Sequence record: SRR2962707_3821
Reading direction: 5' to 3' (one strand)
DNA: 35,762 nucleotides
Under the pieces are notes generated by a model that saw only the letters and a list, made by a program, of their open reading frames with translations, was not told the DNA's origin and ran no database searches. Below are positions 28,064-35,762 of this stretch, piece by piece. The first letter of the stretch is position 1, and the number at the start of each line of letters is the position of its first letter. Made by a program: the position numbers and the translations under genes.

Positions 28064-29718
28064 GTGCGCATCCATTGATAAATCCATGTTTCGGTCAACT
28101 TCCGACCAAAACCCGCGACATGGGCAACCAGTTCCACAAGACGTTCATTTCCGCCATCAACATCGATCACCAAACGCCACTTGGTCGTGTTTTCAATCTT
28201 TGACAGGGCGATATGCTGAATTTCGCCATGCGACAGGGTCACGACGGGCTCCATCTTGGCGTCTGCCGGCAGATCGGCCATCAGGCCGCCGTCAAAATCG
28301 ATCACAAACTTGCGCAGCGATTCTTTGGCACCGGACACGCCTGACGTACCGCCCTGCCCCGCCAACGTGTTCACAATCCACGCGCGGTCGCCGTCACGGT
28401 TGGTGCCAAGCGTCCCCCACCGCAAGCGATATGAATATTCACGGCTCTCGCCAGCGCGCGGTTTTTCCAAAGGCACCCAAAAGCTTACGATGTTGTCATT
28501 GCCCTCAAGGTCGGAAGGAATCTCAACCAGTCGTATCGCACCGGCACCCCACTCCCCCTTGGGTTCGACCAAAACCGAAGGGCGGTCTTGATATTGCGCG
28601 CCTGCATCTTGGTAATCGGTGAAATCACGGTCGCGCTGGATCAGACCAAAGGACTTGAGGTTTGGTTCATTCAGATAGGTGCTGGCCAGACGTGGCGGAT
28701 TATTCAGGGGCCGCCACAAGACGTCACCGTCCGTGCGCACCACCATCAATGCGTTGCTGTCATGCACCTGAGGACGGTAATCATCGAATGTATCGCTGTT
28801 TTTTTCGTCGAACAAAAACATCGACGTCAACGCAGCAACGCCCAGTTGTTCGACGTCTTTGCGGAAATGCAGTTTGGCGGTGACATCAATGGTCGTTTCA
28901 GCGCCCGGCCGGATCACAAAGCGGTACGCGCCGGTGCAAGACGGACTGTCGAGCGCAGCATAGACCACAACATTTTCCTGCCCCGCTTTCGGACGTTCCA
29001 GCCAAAACTCGGAAAAGCGCGGAAATTCTTCTTCGCGGCCAAGGCCGGTGTTGATCGCAAGGCCCCGCGCCGACAAGCCATAGCTGCTGTCACGTGCCAA
29101 GGCGCGGAAATAGGATGCGCCGACAAAGGCGATCAGCTCATCGAACATATCAGCCCGGTTCAGGGGCGTATTCAGGCGAAACCCTGCCACGCCGGGCAAC
29201 TCGACATGCTGAGGGACCCGTGGGGCAAGGTCTTCGTAATACAGGAAATCATCTGTGGAAAAGCCCATCGGGGTCTGAAACCCGTCTACGACCTCGTGAA
29301 TGGCCACGGTTTGTTTGTACAGCCACCCCGGGTGAAAGGCGTGCAGGCGGAACAAAACGCCGTCGTCTTGCCAACGGGACCGTTTCGGATCGAACTGGAT
29401 TTTACGGTAGTCATCATAATCAAGGTTTTCGATAACCTCTGGCGCATCAACCGCCGGCACATACTCTGCCTCGGACGCCTGTTTCATCTGCGCGTCCAGC
29501 CATTCAAACGAAAACGGCTGCGGCCCCGCAGGCACGGGTGCCTGACCGTCAGACACGCTTGGTTCAATGGCTGTCTCGGTATCAGACGCTGCAACAGTTT
29601 GCCCCAGTGCCCCACGCGAAAGCGCAACGGCAGCAACCGAGCTGGTGAGAGCGCCCAAAAGGGTGCGGCGATTGAGGTGGAGCAGATCCTGTGTGGGGGA
29701 CCCAAGTTTATTTAGCAT
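28060..29718 (-). CDS. opgG: Glucan biosynthesis protein G/D family (periplasmic, Tat-like signal)
   Basis: NRRTLL twin-arginine signal; YDDYRKIQF, FVGASYFRA, GLSARGLAI, EEFPRF, RPQVHDS, NDNIVSFW motifs. Confidence 0.93.
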   Translation of the reverse strand: MLNKLGSPTQDLLHLNRRTLLGALTSSVAAVALSRGALGQTVAASDTETAIEPSVSDGQAPVPAGPQPFSFEWLDAQMKQASEAEYVPAVDAPEVIENLDYDDYRKIQFDPKRSRWQDDGVLFRLHAFHPGWLYKQTVAIHEVVDGFQTPMGFSTDDFLYYEDLAPRVPQHVELPGVAGFRLNTPLNRADMFDELIAFVGASYFRALARDSSYGLSARGLAINTGLGREEEFPRFSEFWLERPKAGQENVVVYAALDSPSCTGAYRFVIRPGAETTIDVTAKLHFRKDVEQLGVAALTSMFLFDEKNSDTFDDYRPQVHDSNALMVVRTDGDVLWRPLNNPPRLASTYLNEPNLKSFGLIQRDRDFTDYQDAGAQYQDRPSVLVEPKGEWGAGAIRLVEIPSDLEGNDNIVSFWVPLEKPRAGESREYSYRLRWGTLGTNRDGDRAWIVNTLAGQGGTSGVSGAKESLRKFVIDFDGGLMADLPADAKMEPVVTLSHGEIQHIALSKIENTTKWRLVIDVDGGNERLVELVAHVAGFGRKLTETWIYQWMRT

Positions 29719-30110
29719 TGAAACCCAATAACTTAGTTAGAGAATGATGGCCTATGTCCAAACGACTCAGTCGCAGGGCAATTCCATATTATGTGATCCA
29801 TTATGTCCGGTTTCGATGCGCCGCCACAGAAATATGCGGAACTGATTGAGAACAAGCGAGTTTTCGCAAGTTAAGCGCGTACAAACAGGCAAGTTTCGGC
29901 ACGTATGCGGTAATTTCAAGCAACTGAGGTTAAAATTGCCGGAATACGGGCCAGACTATCATGTCGCAGCAGCATTGATCGACGGTACGCACCAGAACCC
30001 TCACTAGAGGAAACCGTTCACATCCTCTATCCTCGCAACCAATCGGGACCGCCGTTTACATATCGCCCTGAGCAGCGAATGCGGACGCAATTGAGGGCAG
30101 ATCAAACGCG

Positions 30111-30761
30111 ATGGGAAATCACGTTCCAGAGTTTTTTGAACCGCAGGGGGCACCGGTAGCAGCGGTGTTGGCTTTGTGTGATCGGAGTGATGCCAATACC
30201 TCTGCGCAAGCGGATGCAGGCAAACGTGCAGATCTGATACGATCCGCACAGCGGCACCTTGGGGTGCCTGAAACATCCATCACATCCGAACCAACGGGGG
30301 CACCCGTCTGGCCAAATTCGCACCGCGGCAGCCTCAGCCATTGGGGCAGCAAAACCGTGTGTTTGTTGGCCAAGGGAAACGCATGGGATTGGGGCGCTGA
30401 TATAGAAGGGCACGCGGATGCAGATGCAGTTCAATCGATATCCCAAGTAGCAATGGATGCGAGCGAGCGGCGCATGCTGGCGCAATCCGATGACAAGGGG
30501 CGTTTCTGCGCTTTGGTATTCTCGGCTAAAGAGAGCTTTTTTAAAGCCGCGTTCCCGCGCGTCGGGCGCGTCTTCGGGTTCGAGGCGCTACGGCTTTTGT
30601 CGGCCCCTGGCTCTGGGCAGATGAACTTTGTCACCGCTATTCCGCTCGCGCCGGACCTGCCCCGTGGAACGCAGGTAACGGTTCACTATATTCAGGTACA
30701 AGAAGCGGTCATTACATGGACAGCACTTCAGGCGTCTTCACCTAATTCATTGGCAAGATAG
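30111..30761 (+). CDS. 4'-phosphopantetheinyl transferase (EntD-like)
   Basis: GAPVWP, GSLSH, GADIE, FSAKESFFKA motifs; GAGGG RBS upstream. Confidence 0.85.
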   Translation: MGNHVPEFFEPQGAPVAAVLALCDRSDANTSAQADAGKRADLIRSAQRHLGVPETSITSEPTGAPVWPNSHRGSLSHWGSKTVCLLAKGNAWDWGADIEGHADADAVQSISQVAMDASERRMLAQSDDKGRFCALVFSAKESFFKAAFPRVGRVFGFEALRLLSAPGSGQMNFVTAIPLAPDLPRGTQVTVHYIQVQEAVITWTALQASSPNSLAR

Positions 30762-31291
30762 GCCTGAGCGCTGTGAATAAGCGCATGCACACGGGCCGGC
30801 GACAACCCCATTTCAGATGCTATTTCATTCTGGCGGCGCGCCTTTAGCCGATGTTCTGTAAACGCATGTTTCTGGGTCTCTGGAAGCGCGACAATCGCCC
30901 GCGCCATTGCGCTAAGTGTTTCATATGCAACCAGTGACTGCTCGGCGGTTGGGCCGCTCGCGACCGGCTCTGGTGTGGTGTCATCCATTGATGTCTCATA
31001 GCCGTTGCGGCGCCAGTGATCTAACGCCAGATTGCGTACCATCCGACGCAGTAAACCGCGCGGGCTATTGGGCTGCATTGTGATGGCGCGGCTAGATAAG
31101 CAGCGCAAAGCGGCGTCTTGCAGGACATCTTCGGCGCGGTCACGCGACCCGAGAATTCTGACGGCATCGCATAAAAAGAGCTCTCGTTCTTGCATGAGAT
31201 GCTCGATCAGCTTGTGGCGTGTGGCAATGCAGGCAGGCGCATTCGGAAACAAATTTGCGGGCAAAGATGCAGAATTTCGTATCTCAGACAT
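30728..31291 (-). CDS. Iron-starvation type ECF sigma factor (PvdS/OrbS/RpoI-like)
   Basis: RILGSRDRAEDVLQDA, MVRNLALDHWRR and region 4 LPETQKHAFTEHRL..QNEIASEMGLSP resemble PvdS. Start moved to ATG 31291. Confidence 0.85.
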   Translation of the reverse strand: MSEIRNSASLPANLFPNAPACIATRHKLIEHLMQERELFLCDAVRILGSRDRAEDVLQDAALRCLSSRAITMQPNSPRGLLRRMVRNLALDHWRRNGYETSMDDTTPEPVASGPTAEQSLVAYETLSAMARAIVALPETQKHAFTEHRLKARRQNEIASEMGLSPARVHALIHSAQAYLANELGEDA

Positions 31292-31439
31292 GACGTATCC
31301 CGATGTAGATTTGCGCACTAATCTACCGGGCGCGTTGCTGAGTGGATGCCGGGATCCCGTAACATAGAATACGCGCGACCGCCAACATAGCACCCGCGCG
31401 ATAAGAAGACTTTCCCGCAATAGTTGAAATTAAAGACGA

Positions 31440-32717
31440 TTATTCCGCGGCGATTTCGCGGGTATGTTTCGGTGCCGCCGCAAGCGTCGCGACGATCTCT
31501 TCGGACCTTTGGGCAAGAACCGACAACAACGTATCGCTTAACCCGTGGGTTGCCTCACTGTAGCCTTGAATATAGATCGAAGGGGAAAACCCATCTGCCA
31601 TGGGAAGCCGATAATCGCGCCCCGGTACAGCCTTGAGGCAATATTTTGCGACCCCGTGCAAGATATCTTGATCAAGCGCGCGGGAATACCCGGTTGCACA
31701 GATGATCCGGTCATAATGTTCCGTTCGCAATTGGCCCGCGCTGGACAGTGTTAAAGCCAGCGCATCCCCTGCAACCGCCAACCCTGTCACCTGCGTATCT
31801 GGCTGAATTGAAAGGCGTTTCCCTGCAATCACAGATTGCTCATAGACCATTTCGTAGATGGCGTTAATGACGTCTTCATCGACGACCGAATAGTTCGTTG
31901 CCGCCAGTTCATCCAGCGCGGCATGGCGCGCGTTTTCGGGCAAGGCATAGAAAGCATCGGTTTGGCTGGGGTCAAAAATCTCGTTCACAAAGGGGCTGTC
32001 ATCAGACGGTTTAATCGTGCGACCGCGCATGATCAGATCAAGCTTTGGCGCTTCGGGTCGAACGGCCAGATCGGCAAAAATCTCGGCAGCACTTTGCCCC
32101 GCGCCGATGATGGCAATCCGTTCGCCTGCGCGCAGGCTTGGCACAGCCGTGGTCATATAATCTTTGGAATGTATCACGCGTGGGTCATCGGCAAAATCGC
32201 TGCAAAACGCAGGGAGCTTGGGGGCACCACCCGGCGCGATCACAAGATTGCGCGCCCGATATCTGGTTTCTTGACCGCTGGCCTCGCGCGTGATGACGTC
32301 AATTGCGTCAACCGTGCCGTGATGGTCCACCGCTTCGATCCCGACCACCCTGCGGTCATAATCACAGACCGGAAATTGCGCAGCCACCCAGCATAGGTAA
32401 TCGTTGAATTCCACACGGCTGGGAAAGAATGTCTTGCGATTGATGAACCGGTTCAACCGCCCTTTTTGGTGCAGATAGCTTACAAAGGTATAGGGGCTTT
32501 GCGGGTTACGTTGGCCCACCAGATCCTTGAGGAATGAAATCTGCATATCCGCCCCGGGGATCATCATGCCGGGGTGCCATGCAAATTGCGGCTGTGCCTC
32601 AAGAAATTTCGCACGGATCGGCGTTTGTGCTTCGCCCAATGCGACAGCAAGCGAGAGGTTGGAGGGGCCAAAGCCCACACCGATAAGATCGAATGTCTCT
32701 TGATCAGATGTCGTCAT
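31440..32717 (-). CDS. L-ornithine N5-monooxygenase (PvdA/VbsO/IucD family)
   Basis: GVGFGPSNL, WHPGMM, MQISFLKDLV, GAGQSAAE, PSDDSPFVNEIF, TNYSVVD, CATGY, THGLSDTLLS motifs. Start ATG 32717 with AGGAG RBS. Confidence 0.93.
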   Translation of the reverse strand: MTTSDQETFDLIGVGFGPSNLSLAVALGEAQTPIRAKFLEAQPQFAWHPGMMIPGADMQISFLKDLVGQRNPQSPYTFVSYLHQKGRLNRFINRKTFFPSRVEFNDYLCWVAAQFPVCDYDRRVVGIEAVDHHGTVDAIDVITREASGQETRYRARNLVIAPGGAPKLPAFCSDFADDPRVIHSKDYMTTAVPSLRAGERIAIIGAGQSAAEIFADLAVRPEAPKLDLIMRGRTIKPSDDSPFVNEIFDPSQTDAFYALPENARHAALDELAATNYSVVDEDVINAIYEMVYEQSVIAGKRLSIQPDTQVTGLAVAGDALALTLSSAGQLRTEHYDRIICATGYSRALDQDILHGVAKYCLKAVPGRDYRLPMADGFSPSIYIQGYSEATHGLSDTLLSVLAQRSEEIVATLAAAPKHTREIAAE

Positions 32718-33763
32718 GTCCAGTCTCCTGTGGTGGGAAGGCGCGCGGGGGAAAAGCAAAGCGGTTCGCCGCGTCCGGTTTCGGGCCGAGCCCAAAGGCG
32801 GGCTTCAAAGAAATGCTGGCGTTCGAGTTGAACAAGACTCGCGCGTTTGTGGGAAAAATCGAATTCACGGATATGGGCAAAACCACCGCGAGACAGGTTT
32901 TTCAGCTGCTGCGCATGGCTTGCTTTGGGTTCGCCCATAAGCGATTGCGTGCGTGGTTCTGACAGGAACATGTAATGCATTAGTGAGGGCAGCCATGCGG
33001 TGACATAGTCGGCACCGCGCACGTTTTCTTCGCCAATTAATACATGCCACCCCCGATCCCATGGGCCAGCGTCATATTGCGCGCCTATCCGGTTTTCGCG
33101 CGCCCAGTACAGTTCGAAATACCCGAAATCCTGCCCGTCAAGCGCGCCAATCACCGGCAACATATGCGGGTCAGCCATAAGCGTTTCCAGATAGGCGCGG
33201 TGTTTTTCAATCGTGCCGGATTCTTCAAAAAACTCAGCGACGCGCGGATCATTTTGCCAGCGATGAAACGTCTGAAGATCGCTTTCGTCTAATGCCCGCA
33301 AGGTCAACATCTGATCCAGCCATGGGATATGACGCTGGTACAACAACCCCATTGGTTTAGGCGGGCGGATGGGGTGGCGCCCATACGGCCCTTGTTGCCA
33401 CAGTGTCGGATAATTCGGTGCGGGTTGCGGGCACCAACGGTCGGGAGCCTGCCACAAGGAAGCGGGCAAAACCACAGGCCCGATCTCGGTCCGAAGGGCG
33501 ATGCCTTTGGCCAAGAGATCCGGCAACAGGGGTGCCCAGTTCGGATCGACCAAGCGGATCGCGCATTCGTCCCCGTGGTTGGTCAGCGCTTCAAATGCCG
33601 CAAGCGCGATATCTAGGGCAACAGCACCCGCTTCTTGGGGGGCCGAAAGCTCAAGCCGCCCACCCCCAAGGTCAGAGAGTTGTAACGACGCGTGGTTTTC
33701 CACAAGTACGGAGCTGCCATCGCGCCGCGTACGGATCGGGTAAGGTGTTAGATCGCGGGGCAT
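32714..33763 (-). CDS. Siderophore N-hydroxy-ornithine/lysine acyltransferase (IucB/AlcB/PvdY/VbsA-like GNAT)
   Basis: HPIRPPKP, WQNDPRV, GYFELYWAREN, DRGWHVLIGE, FDFSHKRA motifs. Start ATG 33763 (TGATG overlap with the esterase stop). Confidence 0.9.
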   Translation of the reverse strand: MPRDLTPYPIRTRRDGSSVLVENHASLQLSDLGGGRLELSAPQEAGAVALDIALAAFEALTNHGDECAIRLVDPNWAPLLPDLLAKGIALRTEIGPVVLPASLWQAPDRWCPQPAPNYPTLWQQGPYGRHPIRPPKPMGLLYQRHIPWLDQMLTLRALDESDLQTFHRWQNDPRVAEFFEESGTIEKHRAYLETLMADPHMLPVIGALDGQDFGYFELYWARENRIGAQYDAGPWDRGWHVLIGEENVRGADYVTAWLPSLMHYMFLSEPRTQSLMGEPKASHAQQLKNLSRGGFAHIREFDFSHKRASLVQLERQHFFEARLWARPETGRGEPLCFSPARLPTTGDWT

Positions 33764-34701
33764 CAAATGTCCTTTTCCAATGTCTGAGGGATAGGGGGCG
33801 TTTGCGCCGATGCGGGCCAAAGATCGAAATGTGACCGATCAATCGCAAAGGCCCACCCAAGCGCCCTGTTCACGGCGACCGGCAGAACAGACATGTGCGT
33901 CTCACCGGCGTAGGTTTCATAGGCCACATCCAGCCCGCGCGCGGTCAGCTCGCTGGCCATTTCCTGTGCGGCCGCAATAGTGCGTGTGCTGGTTTTCTCG
34001 GCAAGGCGTGCTTTGACCTCGTCCCCGTGTCTTTGAAACGGGGCAAGGTCAAACCCCTCCCATTCTCCGGCGGACAAGTGCACACGCGGCTGGTTTTCAG
34101 GTGCCGTAAAGGCCTCGAGATGATCCAGTAATGCGCTGTCTTCCCAAGTGATCGCAGGGCTGGCCGCGATCACATTGCGAAACGCACCCGCGTGGTTGAA
34201 CAGCATCCAAAGGGCAAACAGCCCGCCAAAGGAATGGCCAAACAGCGACTGGTTTTGTGGATCGAGACGCACGTGACCGGCCAGAAATTCGCGGACATCC
34301 TCAAGCAGAAAACGCGCCATTTCGCCGCCGCCGCCGGTTTTGACCTCTGGCCCGTCATCATAGAACGGCGGATAGCTGCGCCCGGGTGGTGGGCCCAGAT
34401 CCCAACTGCGGCGAAAGCTGTCGTATGCATCATCACTGGGGTAGCCAACGGCAATCAGCGCGCCCCATCCAAGGTTCGTGCCACTGGGCCAAAAGGCCTG
34501 CGCCCGCATGGTGTCGACCGCTGTGCCAATCACCGCATTCCCGTCCATCAACCAAAGCGCGGGCCAGCCCGCCTCGGGCTCTGGTCCGGGCGGGATCCAT
34601 AAAAACACCCGTCGCACGGCCCCTGTGACGCTGTCGCGCAGGTCAAACCAGCGGGTGCCGCCAACCGTCCATTGCCCTTGACCGACGACTATGCCGCTCA
34701 T
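33763..34701 (-). CDS. IroE/BesA-like alpha/beta hydrolase (putative ferri-siderophore esterase)
   Basis: WPALWLMDGNA, VGYP, nucleophile GHSFGG, AASPAI, ETHMSV; no signal peptide. Start ATG 34701 (ATGA overlap). Confidence 0.85.
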   Translation of the reverse strand: MSGIVVGQGQWTVGGTRWFDLRDSVTGAVRRVFLWIPPGPEPEAGWPALWLMDGNAVIGTAVDTMRAQAFWPSGTNLGWGALIAVGYPSDDAYDSFRRSWDLGPPPGRSYPPFYDDGPEVKTGGGGEMARFLLEDVREFLAGHVRLDPQNQSLFGHSFGGLFALWMLFNHAGAFRNVIAASPAITWEDSALLDHLEAFTAPENQPRVHLSAGEWEGFDLAPFQRHGDEVKARLAEKTSTRTIAAAQEMASELTARGLDVAYETYAGETHMSVLPVAVNRALGWAFAIDRSHFDLWPASAQTPPIPQTLEKDI

Positions 34702-35762
34702 GCTGCGATGGCCTGTGCTTGATCGATGGCTTGGGTCAGATCGGCCAAAAGCACATCTGCCGGCTCTAGACCCGCCGCCAGCCGGATGGTACGCGGGCTG
34801 ACTTTGAACCGCTGAAATGAGTTGGCCGCGCCCGCCAAACCGCACGCAGCCTGCCCCGGCACGATCAGGCTTTCCGGTCCGCCCCAACTGACGCCAAGGC
34901 GGATCACGTCCAGCGCATCACAGAACTGTTCGACGTTCACGCCTTCAGCCAGATCAAAAGCGAACAAACCGCCATAGCCGCGCAGCCCGGCGGGGTGCTC
35001 TGACAGCAAGCCGGGATGATGCACCTTTGTCACCATCGGATGCGCGTTCAAGGCCCCCGCCAGCGTCATGCCGGTTTGCATATGCGCATGCATACGCAGT
35101 TCGAGGGTGCGCATACCGCGCAGCACCAAAAACGCATCCATCGGCGACATGCGTCCACCGAACAGATGTGTGGCCTCGTGGTCGATCTGTTTGATCATCG
35201 CTGATGACCCGGTGACCAGCCCACCCAAAGTGTCGCTATGTCCTGACAGATATTTCGATGCAGCGTGCACGATAAGGTCAATGCCGAGGGCGGCGGGATT
35301 CTGAAAAATCGGTGTCGCCCAGCTGTTGTCGATCACAGAAATCACGCCGTGATGCTGCGCCGCCGCGGCAATTGACCCAAGATCTTGGAGCCTGAACGTC
35401 CAGCTTGTCGGGCTTTCTAGGTACACCAACCGCGCGCCCGGAAGTGCCGCAATCACCCCCGCCGTGTCGGTCCCATCGACATAGACCGTTTCCACGCCGA
35501 ACCGACGCAACACCGTTTCGAACAGCCGGTAAGCGTCAGAATATACGTGTTCGATGGCCACAATCCGGTCACCCGATTTCACAAAGGGCAACACCGCACC
35601 GCATATCGCCGCCATGCCCGACGAAAAACCGCGCGCAGCTTCGGTGCCCTCGAGCCGCGCAATCAGGGCTTCAAGTTCGCTGACTGTCGGATTGTCACCA
35701 CGTGAATACACCAGCTGATCCGAGCGCCCTGAAAAGACGGCCTCGATCTGAGCATAGGTTTC
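34698..35762 (-). CDS. Cys/Met metabolism PLP-dependent enzyme (cystathionine beta-lyase/gamma-synthase family), 5' end outside the window
   Basis: YSRGDNPT, SSGMAAI, LESPT, DNSWATP, PLP-lysine HAASKYLSGHSD, SWGGPESL. The frame stays open from 35711 to the window edge (ETYAQIEAVFSGRSDQLV), so the tracked GTG start is not the real one. Confidence 0.88.
   Translation of the reverse strand, partial: ETYAQIEAVFSGRSDQLVYSRGDNPTVSELEALIARLEGTEAARGFSSGMAAICGAVLPFVKSGDRIVAIEHVYSDAYRLFETVLRRFGVETVYVDGTDTAGVIAALPGARLVYLESPTSWTFRLQDLGSIAAAAQHHGVISVIDNSWATPIFQNPAALGIDLIVHAASKYLSGHSDTLGGLVTGSSAMIKQIDHEATHLFGGRMSPMDAFLVLRGMRTLELRMHAHMQTGMTLAGALNAHPMVTKVHHPGLLSEHPAGLRGYGGLFAFDLAEGVNVEQFCDALDVIRLGVSWGGPESLIVPGQAACGLAGAANSFQRFKVSPRTIRLAAGLEPADVLLADLTQAIDQAQAIAA

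Noticed and set aside
28588-29715. 375-aa plus-strand ORF
   Set aside because: Antisense shadow of opgG with no recognisable motifs; long antisense ORFs are expected from codon bias in GC-rich genes.
31292-31420. N-terminal extension of the ECF sigma (also extensions of ORFs ending 19037, 26118, 32795, 33820, 34887)
   Set aside because: Longest-ORF artefacts; downstream ATGs give family-typical starts with an RBS or stop/start coupling.
1-35762. CRISPR arrays, tRNA/rRNA genes, IS elements, prophage or defence genes
   Set aside because: None seen; nearly all sequence is explained by metabolic and regulatory CDSs, and intergenic gaps are short and non-repetitive.

Overview
A gene-dense bacterial region whose protein style and opgG-I-H-C arrangement suggest an alphaproteobacterium, probably Rhodobacteraceae/Roseobacter group (inference). 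From left to right: (1) an acyl-CoA/beta-oxidation block (partial thiolase, two SDRs, a PimC/PimD-like acyl-CoA dehydrogenase pair) with a divergent operon of two MDR oxidoreductases and a MaoC dehydratase; (2) MarR plus a Bcr/CflA efflux pump; (3) an apparently more AT-rich segment with galM and a complete multistep phosphorelay (CHASE-PAS hybrid kinase, single-domain receiver, Hpt, and a response regulator with a degenerate GGDEF-like output); (4) glycerate 2-kinase, a cytoplasmic GGT-family hydrolase, nitronate monooxygenase, thiolase and an HSD10-like SDR; (5) a MobA-like 3-hydroxybenzoate hydroxylase, a divergent MarR and a second flavin monooxygenase; (6) the osmoregulated periplasmic glucan operon opgG-I-H-C; (7) the end of a hydroxamate siderophore cluster (PPTase, PvdS/RpoI-like ECF sigma, ornithine N5-monooxygenase, N-acyltransferase, IroE-like esterase) that also contains a translationally coupled MetC-like PLP enzyme and runs off the right edge. 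I saw no rRNA, tRNA, CRISPR array or transposase. The best candidates for an undescribed system are the siderophore operon and the CHASE phosphorelay. All family assignments are from motif recognition by eye; no database search was run.
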